DNA of 64,000 bases from Candidatus Altiarchaeales archaeon (GTDB lineage Archaea; Altiarchaeota; Altiarchaeia; IMC4; SCGC-AAA252-I15): contig WJMO01000004.1 of assembly GCA_014727915.1 (NCBI GenBank), forward strand, positions 38,309 to 102,308, read 5' to 3'. The notes under the pieces are model-generated. The model worked only from the letters and a program-made list of their open reading frames with translations. It ran no database searches and was not told the DNA's origin. The position numbers and the translations under genes were made by a program. Positions 1-10,193 of this stretch are shown piece after piece (positions within the stretch are counted from its first letter, which is position 1; each line of letters starts with the position of its first letter).

Positions 1-2
1 CG

Positions 3-467
3 GAGGGCAAACCAGCTGTTAACGCGCGGAACATCGGTGTCTCAGCGGTTTTGAACGTCATGTTGAACCTGTTCCTCATACCCTCCTATGGGATGGTCGG
101 CGCGGCCTTCGCAACCCTCTCCTCATCCTCTCTACTGTTCCTACTCTCATACCGGCACGTGTCCCAGGTTGTCAGACTGTCCTACTCCAAAGCCCGGATA
201 GTGAAGCTTGTAGCATCTTCGTTCATCGCGGTGGTTATCGTATCCTCTGTAAAAGCAGCCATCGACCATTCCATACTATCGCTTATAGTCTCGGTCCCGT
301 CCTTGTTCCTACTGTACCTGCTCCTCCTCATAGGGTCAAGGTCTCTGCGTTCCGAGGACACGGGCTTGGCCGACGCTTTCATGGAGAAGATAATGCTGCC
401 GGATTCTATTAGGTCTTCTGTTTCCAGCTTTCTTGAGCGGGGCGTTCAATCAACCAGTTCCCCGTAG
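3..467 (+). CDS. Polysaccharide flippase (Wzx/MATE-like), C-terminal fragment
   Basis: Frame open from window edge; NVMLNLFLIPSYGMVGAAFAT motif typical of Wzx C-termini; multiple TM helices. Confidence 0.8.
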   Translation, partial: EGKPAVNARNIGVSAVLNVMLNLFLIPSYGMVGAAFATLSSSSLLFLLSYRHVSQVVRLSYSKARIVKLVASSFIAVVIVSSVKAAIDHSILSLIVSVPSLFLLYLLLLIGSRSLRSEDTGLADAFMEKIMLPDSIRSSVSSFLERGVQSTSSP

Positions 468-1570
468 ACCTCCAGCGTCTGGTCTGTCACGCTTTCCCAG
501 GAGTATCTCTCCGCTGTCTTCCTCGCTCTAACCCCCATATCACTCAACAGGTCGTTATCGAGTATGTGCCTAATCTTTTCGACTATCTCCTCTGAGCTGT
601 AGGGGCTGTCCAATAGCATGCCGTCAACCCCATCTGTTATGAGCTCTGCCGCCCCCGCCGACCTTGTAGTGACGACCGGGATTCCCGTTGCCATCGCCTC
701 CGTTATGACCAGCCCGAAAGGCTCGTAGGCGGTCGGGAATACGAAAATGTCCGATGCCGCGTAGTATTCGCTTATGTTGTTGCTGTGTCCTGCGAACACG
801 ATCCTGTCCCCAACGCTCTTCCTCTCTGCGAGAGACTTATACGGTTTGCTTTCCGCGGCGCCCACAACAACAAGCTTTATGTTCCTGTCCAATCCTGGCA
901 GGGCTTCTATTATGTACTTCAAACCCTTTCGCTTGAACTCCCACCCGCTGAATGAAAGGACTATGTCGTCTTCGCCTAACCCGTGCTTGGAGCGGACCTC
1001 CCTCCTGGCCTCTTCCTTCTTTTTAGGGTTGAACTCTTCCAGGTTGACGCCGCTGTATATGACCCTCACCTTCTCCCCTGGTATCCCGTAGTTCTCCACC
1101 ACCTCGTCCTTTATGGACTCGGATATGGCGATCACCCGCTTGCTCCTGTTGAGTATCTTCTTCTCTATTGACAGCACAACGTTGTTCCTTGGCTCTAAGG
1201 CCTTAAGCAGGGCATATGCTGGCCCCCGGTCTTCGCCGAACTTTCTCACTGCAGCCTTCTGGCAGCTTTGCATCGTGACTATGTCCGAGTTGACTGCTTC
1301 CGCACCCTGGCTGTTCACCACATCCACTCCCCCCTCTCTCAGCCTTTTTATCTTCCCGACGTTCCTCCAAGCGTTGGAGGCCACCTGCAATGATATTGGA
1401 TTCCATACTATGGGCTCCTCATGGGCGATTACTCCCGGGACCTTGTCCTCGTACCTGGAGGTCAGGATGTGCACTTCATGGTCGGGTGCCAGACGCGAGG
1501 CCAGCTCCACCACATACCTGGAGATGCCTCCCTGCTTGTTGAAGACGATTGAGGTCAGCCCTATTCTCAT
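446..1570 (-). CDS. Glycosyltransferase family 4
   Basis: GGISRY N-terminus, EPFGLVITEAMATG motif. Confidence 0.9.
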   Translation of the reverse strand: MRIGLTSIVFNKQGGISRYVVELASRLAPDHEVHILTSRYEDKVPGVIAHEEPIVWNPISLQVASNAWRNVGKIKRLREGGVDVVNSQGAEAVNSDIVTMQSCQKAAVRKFGEDRGPAYALLKALEPRNNVVLSIEKKILNRSKRVIAISESIKDEVVENYGIPGEKVRVIYSGVNLEEFNPKKKEEARREVRSKHGLGEDDIVLSFSGWEFKRKGLKYIIEALPGLDRNIKLVVVGAAESKPYKSLAERKSVGDRIVFAGHSNNISEYYAASDIFVFPTAYEPFGLVITEAMATGIPVVTTRSAGAAELITDGVDGMLLDSPYSSEEIVEKIRHILDNDLLSDMGVRARKTAERYSWESVTDQTLEVYGELVD

Positions 1571-2742
1571 CCTGAAATTGCCTCCTCGTATGCTCTTACG
1601 GTGTCTTCGACCATCTTCTCCCTGCTGAAACCATCAACTATTGTCTCCCGCGCGTTCTCGCCCAGTCTGCTGGCCAACCCTCTGTCCTCCAAAACCCTGC
1701 TTATCCTATCAACTAGCATGTCCACGTTGCCTGGTTCCACCAGCAGTCCGTTGACCCCGTCTTCTATGACGGTAGGTATGCCTCCTATGTCCGATGCTAC
1801 CACCGGTTTGCCGCATGACATCGACTCCAGCTCTATGAGGGGCAGGCCCTCGACCCTGACGGTGGGTATTATGAACGCATAGGCTGCGTTGTAGTACTTC
1901 CACAGGTCATTGTTCGGCACCTTCCCAGCGAAGGACACGAGATCCGATAGGCCGAACTCCCTTGCCATCTGTTCAAGCCGTTCCCTGTAGGGTCCTTCAC
2001 CCACTATCATGAGGTGCGTGTCCCCATGTCTTTCATGGACTTTCCTGAACGCTTTTATCAGGTATTGGACGCCCTTCTGCCTGTGCAACACCGACACGGC
2101 CAACAGAATCCTCTTACCCGGGTATTTGCTTTTTACTTCACTGTCCGCCGGCTTGAATTTTTCGGTGTCTATGCCGTTATAGATAGTTTTGACTTTTTTC
2201 TCAGTTATTTTGAATTCTCTTGGGATATTCTCGGTCAGTTCCTTGCTTATGGAGATGACCGCGTCGCATCCGCGCACGAACCTTTCAGAGTACCTCTTCT
2301 GGTTGTATATGTGGAAGAGCATCTTCGGAAGGAGCGTCAGGCTCAGGCCTTGGTTGAGGTTGCTCCTTATCTCTCCCCTGCTCGTCCCGTGCAATGTAGT
2401 AACTATCGGTATCCCCAGCTTGTCCTTCAATCCGCTGCTGATGTAGTGGTATGCTGCGAAGCTCTGGCTGTGTATCACGTCAAACTCTCTTTCACTGTTC
2501 ATTTCCCCCAATTTCTCCAACGCCTTCCCGCCCATGGGCTTCTTGCTCGTGGCTTTCACATCCACATAGTGTATGCCGACTCCCTCTACGTTCTCGTATT
2601 CGATTCCGTTGGGGTGTCTGCCGGTTATCACCGACACATGGTGTCCTGCACTGGCCAGGCCCCTGCACAGTTCCAGAGTGTGTATCTCCATCCCGCCCGC
2701 TACGTGGGCTGGCATCATCATTGCGAACATGCAGACTCTCAT
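1567..2742 (-). CDS. Glycosyltransferase family 4
   Basis: GGMEIH, NGID, EGLPLIELESMSCGKP motifs. Confidence 0.9.
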   Translation of the reverse strand: MRVCMFAMMMPAHVAGGMEIHTLELCRGLASAGHHVSVITGRHPNGIEYENVEGVGIHYVDVKATSKKPMGGKALEKLGEMNSEREFDVIHSQSFAAYHYISSGLKDKLGIPIVTTLHGTSRGEIRSNLNQGLSLTLLPKMLFHIYNQKRYSERFVRGCDAVISISKELTENIPREFKITEKKVKTIYNGIDTEKFKPADSEVKSKYPGKRILLAVSVLHRQKGVQYLIKAFRKVHERHGDTHLMIVGEGPYRERLEQMAREFGLSDLVSFAGKVPNNDLWKYYNAAYAFIIPTVRVEGLPLIELESMSCGKPVVASDIGGIPTVIEDGVNGLLVEPGNVDMLVDRISRVLEDRGLASRLGENARETIVDGFSREKMVEDTVRAYEEAISG

Positions 2743-4598
2743 AAGCCGTCACCCATGTATCTTTCATGCCAGATGTCCAATACCAGCAGCCCGAACAGCT
2801 GGCTGCTGTGCCTGAAATCACTGGTGCCCTTCAGGAGGAACCTGATCTTCTCCCTTCTGAAGTTCTCCTTTATGAACTCCGACTTCGTTATCCTCTCAGT
2901 CACCACATCGTTCACGTCGTTGAACAGCCACTGGTGGGTGGGCACGCCAAATCCTTTCTTGGGCCTCTTCACTATGACATCTGGCAGCCTGCCCTCCATG
3001 GTCTTCCGGAGTATGTGTTTTTTCATCCCGTCTTTAAGCTTGAGCTCTGGGGGTATGGTCATCGCATATTCCACGAGCTTGTGGTCGAGGAATGGGACCC
3101 TGCACTCTACCGCGTGGGCCATCGTCACACGGTCCAGCTTTGACAGGCAGTTGCCCGTCACCCACCCTCGGAGGTCGACGTAGCTTAACTGGTTCAGCAG
3201 ACTTCTCATGCCCCCGCTCCTATCTTCCAGGTGCCTCTTTATCTTCTCCCCTGGCCTGTTACCCAGCGTCCTCTCCTTGAGCTTCTGCGAGTAGAGTGAT
3301 TCCCTGTCTTCACCGCTGAACAGCAGGCCCTGGCCCCAGTATATCTTGTCCTTCTCCTCCGCGCTGATGTAGTCCACGTACCTCTTGTATCTCGCAGGCA
3401 TGGGCAGCATGTTGGCGAACCGAAGCGGCTTCCTCAACGCTTCGGGGATCGAGTTTCTCATCCTCTCTGAGAGTAGGAGGTAGTTGTATGCCCTGTATCC
3501 TCCGAACACCTCATCGCTTCCTCCGCCGTTGAAGACTACAGTAACATGTTTCTTTATGTGCTTTGCCAGGAAGTACTCCGGCAGCTGGGCCGGGTCGCCT
3601 ACGGGCTCGTCCAGGTGCCAGATTATGTTGTCAAGCTCTCCCAACACCTCTTCGGCGTCCACTATTATCTCATGATGGTCTGTGCCTAGGTGTTCTGCGA
3701 CGACCCTGGCGTATTCGACCTCGTCCATCCCCCCGTGCCCGTATCCGATGCTGAAAGTCTTCACAGGCTCTTTGACTAGGTCGGTCATCAATGCTGTTAA
3801 TGTGCTGGAGTCTATTCCTCCCGACAATTGCACTCCAAGGGGCACGTCGCTGACGAGCCTCAGCTTCACGGACTCGACTAGCATGCCCTCCAGCTCTCTG
3901 ATGCACTTTTCCTCGGTGACATCCCTTATACGGTCCAGTTCGAGGTTCCAGTATATGCTGCTCTTAACCTCCCCGCTCTCGTATACTCTCATCTCCGCGG
4001 GGTGCAGTTTCTTAACACCCTTTATTATAGTGTCAGGTTCGGGAATGTACTGGAATGTGAGATAGTCGTCCAGGGAGTCGTAGTCGAGCTCGGGCTCTAT
4101 GCTTGGGTGCTTTAGCATGGACTTCAGCTCCGACGCGAATACGACGCCATCCTCTGTCTCACTGTAGTAGAGCGGTTTGATGCCCACCCGGTCTCTGACC
4201 AGCACAAGCCGCTTCCTCCTGCTGTCCCACAGCCCGAACGCGAACTGCCCCCTCAGCATTTTCACGAAGCCCAGCCCGTATTCCTCGTAGCAGTGGACTA
4301 TCGCCTCCGTGTCGGTGTCGCTGCTGAACTCGTGGCCTTTTCCCTCCAGGTCTTTTCTCAAATCAAGGTAGTTGTACGTCTCTCCGTTGTATGTTATCCA
4401 GACGGTTTCGTCCTCGTTGTGCAGTGGCTGTCTGCCCCGGCTGCTGAGGTCTATTATGCTGAGCCGCCGGTGTCCCAGGCCTATATCGTCGTCTATGTGG
4501 TGTCCTGAGTCGTCTGGGCCCCTGTGTTCCAAGGCGCCCATCATGTCTTCTACGGTCCTTTTGTCGCATTCTCCCAGGATGCCGCATATGCCGCACAT
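2739..4598 (-). CDS. asnB: Asparagine synthase-like glutamine amidotransferase (probably glycan amidation)
   Basis: MCGICG Ntn start, HRGPDD, LSGGIDSS, RVPFLD. Confidence 0.92.
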   Translation of the reverse strand: MCGICGILGECDKRTVEDMMGALEHRGPDDSGHHIDDDIGLGHRRLSIIDLSSRGRQPLHNEDETVWITYNGETYNYLDLRKDLEGKGHEFSSDTDTEAIVHCYEEYGLGFVKMLRGQFAFGLWDSRRKRLVLVRDRVGIKPLYYSETEDGVVFASELKSMLKHPSIEPELDYDSLDDYLTFQYIPEPDTIIKGVKKLHPAEMRVYESGEVKSSIYWNLELDRIRDVTEEKCIRELEGMLVESVKLRLVSDVPLGVQLSGGIDSSTLTALMTDLVKEPVKTFSIGYGHGGMDEVEYARVVAEHLGTDHHEIIVDAEEVLGELDNIIWHLDEPVGDPAQLPEYFLAKHIKKHVTVVFNGGGSDEVFGGYRAYNYLLLSERMRNSIPEALRKPLRFANMLPMPARYKRYVDYISAEEKDKIYWGQGLLFSGEDRESLYSQKLKERTLGNRPGEKIKRHLEDRSGGMRSLLNQLSYVDLRGWVTGNCLSKLDRVTMAHAVECRVPFLDHKLVEYAMTIPPELKLKDGMKKHILRKTMEGRLPDVIVKRPKKGFGVPTHQWLFNDVNDVVTERITKSEFIKENFRREKIRFLLKGTSDFRHSSQLFGLLVLDIWHERYMGDGL

Positions 4599-4623
4599 GC
4601 TTAACTATAAAGTCCCACACCTT

Positions 4624-5472
4624 TTAAGCCCTATGCTTGAGGGCTCCGTTCAAGTTGCCTGCGAAAGAAACCAGCTCGTATGCGAGCCCCAATGGCATCA
4701 GGTCGGGCGGGTAGCGTTTCAGAACTAGAACGGGTGTCACAGCAAGCTTGGCGAAGGCCCTCACCAGTTCATTCAAGGGCCCCTTCCCCATCTTGCGCCT
4801 GTATTTGGTCATCTCCATGCCGTGGGTGTAAGCCCTTTTCAATATGCCTTTCAGTGTTTGGCTATGGTGGTGTACCACGTATATGTCCGGCTCGAACAGT
4901 ATGTCATGCCCTTTTTCTGTGATGCGCCGGCAGAGGTCGTAGTCTTCCGCGGAGGCCTTCTTGAAGTCCTCGTCGAATCCTCTCGCCTCGTCGAGCAGGT
5001 TTTTTTTGAAGGCCAGGTTGCAGCTGGGCAGCGCGTCCACGTGCTTCCTCTCCATCCCGTAGAGCCTGTCTCTCCGGTGCTGTTCGAACCTTTCCGCGTA
5101 GGTCCCGCTCGAAGCTGGCCTGAGGCTTCCGCCGACCGCGTTGGACTCTTCAAGCGCCCGGACGATTTTGTCCAGCCAGTCTGCCGGGACTTCGCAGTCG
5201 GCGTCGGTGAACACGATCACCTCTCCTTTGGAGTTTTTCACTCCCCGGTTCCTCGCCGCGGCCGGGCCCTTATGCTGCTGTTCCACAAGATTCACAGTCT
5301 CATATCCACGTATCTTCTCGCGTGTGCTGTCGGTGCTCCCGTCATCCACGAATATGAACTCGCTCTTTTCCTTTGGGTATTCCAGGTTAAGGAGGGATGT
5401 TATGCAGTCGTCTATGGTGTCTTCTGCGTTGTAGCATGGAATGACCACCGAAACAGCCGGTTTGCTCACCAT
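4624..5472 (-). CDS. Glycosyltransferase family 2
   Basis: SVVIPCYN, VDDGSTD, FTDAD, EDYDL. Confidence 0.9.
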   Translation of the reverse strand: MVSKPAVSVVIPCYNAEDTIDDCITSLLNLEYPKEKSEFIFVDDGSTDSTREKIRGYETVNLVEQQHKGPAAARNRGVKNSKGEVIVFTDADCEVPADWLDKIVRALEESNAVGGSLRPASSGTYAERFEQHRRDRLYGMERKHVDALPSCNLAFKKNLLDEARGFDEDFKKASAEDYDLCRRITEKGHDILFEPDIYVVHHHSQTLKGILKRAYTHGMEMTKYRRKMGKGPLNELVRAFAKLAVTPVLVLKRYPPDLMPLGLAYELVSFAGNLNGALKHRA

Positions 5473-6965
5473 TGTCTGGATACTCTGCTCTTCAACACCC
5501 TCGAACCCGCCCTGAAAAGCAGGTTGAAGGTGTTGAGCCCGTGCCTCCTGAAAGTGTCAGTTATCTTGAAAGAAGTCCAACGAGGCTCGCTAACTGCCTT
5601 CTTCAAGTAGAGCTGGTATATGAGGTAGTTGTTCGCGTAGTTGGACGCTTTCTTCAGGTCCTCCTGCGTCAGTTCGTCGGTGCTCACCACGGGTTTGTCG
5701 TGTATGAAGTGTATGTTGCTGTAGTCGTCCCAGCATTTAGCATGCAGGTGGCCCTCGCTCTTGGCCTTGTCATAGTATTGTGTACCTGGCAGCGGCGTGC
5801 ACACGGACACCTGGAACGAGTCCGGCTTTATCTTCAACAGGTAGTTGAACGTCTCGTCCATGGTCTTCCTCGTCTCCCCCGGCAGTCCTATCATGAACGT
5901 CGCGTGGCTTCTGATGCCGATCTCCTTGCACCATCTGAAAACGTCCTCCACGTGCTTGAGGTCTTGGTTCTTCCTGTTGGCCAGGTCGAGTATCCTCCTA
6001 GACCCTGATTCCACGCCGAACTTCAGCGCCTCGCACCCTGAGTCGTGCATGGCCTCCAGCAATTCCTTTGTCACCGGGACGGGGGAGCACATGGCGCCCC
6101 ATATCTTGTTGGGTCCGTTGTCCTTGTACTCTTTGCAGAAGTCGAAGACCTTCTGGGGGTTGAGGTTGAATGTGTCATCGTCGAAGTACAGCTCCCTAGC
6201 CTTATGCTCTTTCACCACGTGGTGGCATTCCTCGACCACCGACTCCGGCTTCCTGAATCTGAAGTTCATGCCCCCGTACATGACCGGCGGCCACAGGCAG
6301 TAGACGCACCCGAATGTGCAGCCCCTGCTCTGTATCATCTGGACGTTCGGCGTCTGCATGAACGGTTCGCAGTAGTGTTCCATCTCCATCAGGTGCCTTG
6401 CCGGGTATGGTAGCTCGTTCAGGTCTATCAGCGGCCGCCTGTCGTTGACCTTGGCCTTTTTGCCTTCACGGTATGCGAGGCCAAGCACATCATACTTCTT
6501 CATCTTCCCTTCCATTGCTCTGACGGTGTCCCTGCAGGTGTGCTCGTATTCTCCCATGAACACGTAGTCCACCTGCTTGTTGGATAGTATGTCCCCTGGG
6601 AACGTTGTTACGTGCGGCCCGCACAAGGCTATCTTGCAGTCTGTCTCCGCTTTCAGCATCTCCGCGGTCTTCAAATCCGTGTTGATGGACGGCGTCGACG
6701 ACTCCATCACCACCAGGTCAGGGCTGAACGATTTGAGATCTGAGAGGAACTTCTCCTTGGTCTCCCCTAGCGTGAGGGCGTCCATCACCTTCACTTTATG
6801 TCCGTCGGCTTCGCACACGGCAGCCGCGTAGGCCAGGAAGAACGGGAACGGCGAGTATCCTGTCCTGTCCTCTTCCTCGTCGAATTCCGCGTGCGGCCAT
6901 CTGCTCCCGGCTCTCACAGCGTGTCCTGTTTCGAACCAGGGAGGGTTCGCTAGGGCTACTTTCAT
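5466..6965 (-). CDS. Cobalamin-binding radical SAM protein (class B, HpnJ-like N-terminus)
   Basis: RAGSRWP, B12-binding region (GPHVT), SRGCTFGCVYC CxxxCxxC, GVESGS. Confidence 0.88.
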   Translation of the reverse strand: MKVALANPPWFETGHAVRAGSRWPHAEFDEEEDRTGYSPFPFFLAYAAAVCEADGHKVKVMDALTLGETKEKFLSDLKSFSPDLVVMESSTPSINTDLKTAEMLKAETDCKIALCGPHVTTFPGDILSNKQVDYVFMGEYEHTCRDTVRAMEGKMKKYDVLGLAYREGKKAKVNDRRPLIDLNELPYPARHLMEMEHYCEPFMQTPNVQMIQSRGCTFGCVYCLWPPVMYGGMNFRFRKPESVVEECHHVVKEHKARELYFDDDTFNLNPQKVFDFCKEYKDNGPNKIWGAMCSPVPVTKELLEAMHDSGCEALKFGVESGSRRILDLANRKNQDLKHVEDVFRWCKEIGIRSHATFMIGLPGETRKTMDETFNYLLKIKPDSFQVSVCTPLPGTQYYDKAKSEGHLHAKCWDDYSNIHFIHDKPVVSTDELTQEDLKKASNYANNYLIYQLYLKKAVSEPRWTSFKITDTFRRHGLNTFNLLFRAGSRVLKSRVSRQW

Positions 6966-7061
6966 GCTACCATACTATACTATGACAACCTTAAATAATC
7001 GCGGAATATTATGCTGTGAATCCATTTTTTAACGGGCGTTTCCATCTGTATACCTACGAAA

Positions 7062-8282
7062 ATGGGGGATAATAAACGGGATAAGCCCTATGATGTTCTC
7101 ATCGTGGGGGGTTTGGGGCATGTTGGCTTGCCTTTGGGCATCGTGTTAGCGGACACCGGCTTGAACGTCTGCCTGCTGGACATCGACGAGGAGAAGGCAA
7201 GATCCGTCAGGGAGGGTAAGATGCCCTTCATCGAATACGACGCCGGCCCAATCTTGGAGAAGGCGCTTGAAGGGGGCAATCTTCATGTTTCGCTCGACAT
7301 AAAGGACGCTTCAAAGGCGAGATATGTGATAATCGCGATCGGAACGCCAGTTGACGAGTACTTGAACCCCAAGACCCGCCAGTTCATCGACTTCTTCAAG
7401 AACCTCTCAGAACACCTGGACAAGAGCCAGACGGTCATCGTGCGAAGCACCGTATACCCCCACACCTGCCGGCAGATGATGAAGGCATTGGACAAGAAGA
7501 GAGAGTGCGGCATAGCCTACTGTCCAGAGCGCATAGTCCAAGGATATGCGATACGAGAGCTTCGCACCCTCCCCCAGATTGTCGCAGGCATGACCAAGGA
7601 GGCGGAGGACGCTGCCGCTGAACTGTTCGGTAGGGTCTCGCCTAAGATAATCCGCACATCAATGGGCGAGGCGGAGCTGGTAAAGCTCTACTCCAACGCT
7701 TGGAGGTACATACAGTTCGCTGTCGCGAACCAGTTCTACATGATGGCCTCAAACTTCGGCGTCGACTATGACCGTGTCAGGAAGGCCATGCGGGAGGAGT
7801 ATGAGCGGGCGCTGACCCTCCCAGGCGCTGGTTTCGCAGCCGGACCGTGCCTGCTGAAGGATACGATGCAGCTGTCCGCCTTCAACTCCAACAACTTCCT
7901 CCTGGGGCATGCTGCGATGATGGTCAATGAGGGCCTCCCAAACTACATTGTGGAGACTCTTCGGAAGAGGCACAGGCTGAGCGAGAATAAGGTCGGAATA
8001 CTCGGCATGGCTTTCAAGGCTGACATAGACGACATACGCGATTCACTATCCTACAAGCTCGGCAAGATACTGAGGTTCCACGGGGCGGACGTATACTACT
8101 CAGACGAGTATGTGGAGGACCCGACGTTCGTATCGAAGGAGGAGCTGATAGGCAAATGCGACATCATCATCGTGGGGGTCCCGCATTCGGCGTACAAGGA
8201 TGTTGTTATACCAGAAGATGTCGAGGTCGTTGACACATGGAACGTGGTCTCCGGCGGTAGGAGAACATCCCTTGAAGGGTGA
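7062..8282 (+). CDS. Nucleotide-sugar dehydrogenase (UDP-Glc/GDP-Man DH family)
   Basis: GGLGHVG Rossmann, STVYP, PERI, GPCLLKD, GMAFKADIDDIRDS. Confidence 0.9.
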   Translation: MGDNKRDKPYDVLIVGGLGHVGLPLGIVLADTGLNVCLLDIDEEKARSVREGKMPFIEYDAGPILEKALEGGNLHVSLDIKDASKARYVIIAIGTPVDEYLNPKTRQFIDFFKNLSEHLDKSQTVIVRSTVYPHTCRQMMKALDKKRECGIAYCPERIVQGYAIRELRTLPQIVAGMTKEAEDAAAELFGRVSPKIIRTSMGEAELVKLYSNAWRYIQFAVANQFYMMASNFGVDYDRVRKAMREEYERALTLPGAGFAAGPCLLKDTMQLSAFNSNNFLLGHAAMMVNEGLPNYIVETLRKRHRLSENKVGILGMAFKADIDDIRDSLSYKLGKILRFHGADVYYSDEYVEDPTFVSKEELIGKCDIIIVGVPHSAYKDVVIPEDVEVVDTWNVVSGGRRTSLEG

Positions 8283-9064
8283 TGATTGACATGTCTGGAG
8301 GTATGTGCGTCTTCATAGGCGGCAAGCAGGTCGGGGTGGAATGTCTGCGAACTCTTGTTGAGGCTGGAATTCGGCCAGCGCTTGTCTTTGGGAACCCCGA
8401 CGACGATGGTGCTGACTCCTGGCACGAGTCCCTCATAAGAGTGTCTGAAGATCTCGGTTTGGATACGTTGCCTAGGAAGAAGCTCGACGACGAAGACATA
8501 ATCGAAAAAATCCGAGACTGCCGGCCGGAGGTTATCTTCTGCATTGGAAGCACCCAGATACTCTCAAAGGAAGTGTTGGATATTCCCGAACTGGGTTGTC
8601 TGAACTGGCATCCTGCCCTGCTGCCCAAGTACCGGGGCAGGTATTCCACCGTCCATGCCATATTCAACGGCGAAGAATACGCTGGCGTGACACTTCATTG
8701 GATGGATGAGGGTGTTGATTCAGGCCCGATCGTGCTCCAGGAGAGGATAAGAATCGATCGTGACGACACTGCAAAGTCCTTGTATGAGAGGTGCACGGAG
8801 GCAGGCGTCAAATTGTTCGGGCAGTTCTTGGATATCTGGCTTTCAGGCGGTGATATCCCCTCAGAACCGCAGGATGAGTCCCAGGCAACATACTTTCCTA
8901 AAGGATTGCCCAATGACGGTGTCATCGACTGGTCTTGGAGTGGTGAGAGGATAAGGAACTTCATAAGGGCGATGACCTTCGAGCCCTTCCCTCCCGCGTC
9001 TTTTGAGTTCGGCGGGAAGAGGATGGTCGTGGTGGACGAAGAATACTTCAAAGGTTTCGAATAG
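8279..9064 (+). CDS. Sugar-nucleotide N-formyltransferase (Fmt/ArnA-N-like)
   Basis: NWHPALLPKYRG, GVTLHWMDEGVDSG motifs. Confidence 0.88.
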   Translation: MMIDMSGGMCVFIGGKQVGVECLRTLVEAGIRPALVFGNPDDDGADSWHESLIRVSEDLGLDTLPRKKLDDEDIIEKIRDCRPEVIFCIGSTQILSKEVLDIPELGCLNWHPALLPKYRGRYSTVHAIFNGEEYAGVTLHWMDEGVDSGPIVLQERIRIDRDDTAKSLYERCTEAGVKLFGQFLDIWLSGGDIPSEPQDESQATYFPKGLPNDGVIDWSWSGERIRNFIRAMTFEPFPPASFEFGGKRMVVVDEEYFKGFE

Positions 9065-9073
9065 GTCCGTAAA

Positions 9074-10177
9074 ATGGTTGGCAGGAAGATTAGCTGGTGG
9101 GATCCGGAGATAGGCGATAGGGAGTATGAGCTGGTGAGGGATGTTCTGGCGAGGAACTTCCCCAACGAGGGTAGGGTGGCCCGTCAGCTCGAGGAAAGAG
9201 CATCCGCCCTGATCGGGTCGAAGCATGCGGTCACATCCACGAACGGGACGTCTGCATTGTACATGGCCTTGAAGGCCGTTGGGGTCGGAGTAGGCGACGA
9301 GGTCATAGTCCCTGACCTCACCTTCATAGCTACTGCGAACGCGGTTGACATGTGCGGGGCGAAGCCGGTGCTGGTGGATGTTGAGCCGGATTCCATGAAC
9401 ATGGGCGTCGAATCATTCACTAATGCCATAACAGAGAAGACCAAAGCCGTCATACCCGTCCACGTCAGCGGGAGGTCCGCTGACATCGAGGCCATATGTG
9501 ACGCAGCAGGGGAAAAGGGCATCCATGTGATCGAGGACGCTGCCGAGGCTTTCATGTCCAAGAAGAAAGGCAGGTGCCTGGGGACCTTTGGCGTGTGCGG
9601 CTGCTACTCGTTCTCGCCGAACAAGATCGTAACCTCCGGCCAGGGCGGGCTGGTGGTCACGGACGACGAGGAGGTCGATGTCAGGCTGAGGATGCTGAAG
9701 GACCAGGGCCGGCCCAAGAGGGGGACGGGCGGAGACGACATCCACGAGTCCATAGGTTACAATTTCAAGTTCACTGACATACAGGCTGCGGTGGCTGTCG
9801 GCCAGTTGGAGTACTTGGAGGAGCGGATGAAGAGGTTGCGGAGGAACCACGAGCTCTATGTTGAGCACCTGTCCGGACTGGATGGCGTCAGACTATATGA
9901 GTTCGACCTGGGTTCGGGGGAGCTTCCCCTGTGGACTGACATCTACTCTGATAGAAGGGATGAGCTGGACGAATATCTCATGCGGCTCAGTATCGACTGC
10001 AGGCGTCTGTGGCATCCCCTGCACATGCAAGAACCTTATAGGATGCCATCTGAAAACTTCCCTAACAGCCTTGACTGCTCTCGGAATTCGATCTGGCTTC
10101 CCTCAGCGTATAACCTGTCTGACGATGATGTTCTTAGAGTCTGTGAAAGCATAAGAAGGTTTATTAGCGGACAGTGA
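9074..10177 (+). CDS. DegT/DnrJ/EryC1/StrS sugar aminotransferase
   Basis: NGTSAL, TFIATANAV, EDAAEA, SFSPNK PLP lysine, GYNFK. Confidence 0.92.
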   Translation: MVGRKISWWDPEIGDREYELVRDVLARNFPNEGRVARQLEERASALIGSKHAVTSTNGTSALYMALKAVGVGVGDEVIVPDLTFIATANAVDMCGAKPVLVDVEPDSMNMGVESFTNAITEKTKAVIPVHVSGRSADIEAICDAAGEKGIHVIEDAAEAFMSKKKGRCLGTFGVCGCYSFSPNKIVTSGQGGLVVTDDEEVDVRLRMLKDQGRPKRGTGGDDIHESIGYNFKFTDIQAAVAVGQLEYLEERMKRLRRNHELYVEHLSGLDGVRLYEFDLGSGELPLWTDIYSDRRDELDEYLMRLSIDCRRLWHPLHMQEPYRMPSENFPNSLDCSRNSIWLPSAYNLSDDDVLRVCESIRRFISGQ

Positions 10178-10193
10178 CATAATTTCAGGTACG

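Noticed and set aside
2014-3183. Long antisense ORFs (also 35456-36385, 59069-60133, 55617-56330 and others)
   Set aside because: Shadow frames of well-supported genes in GC-rich DNA, with no motifs
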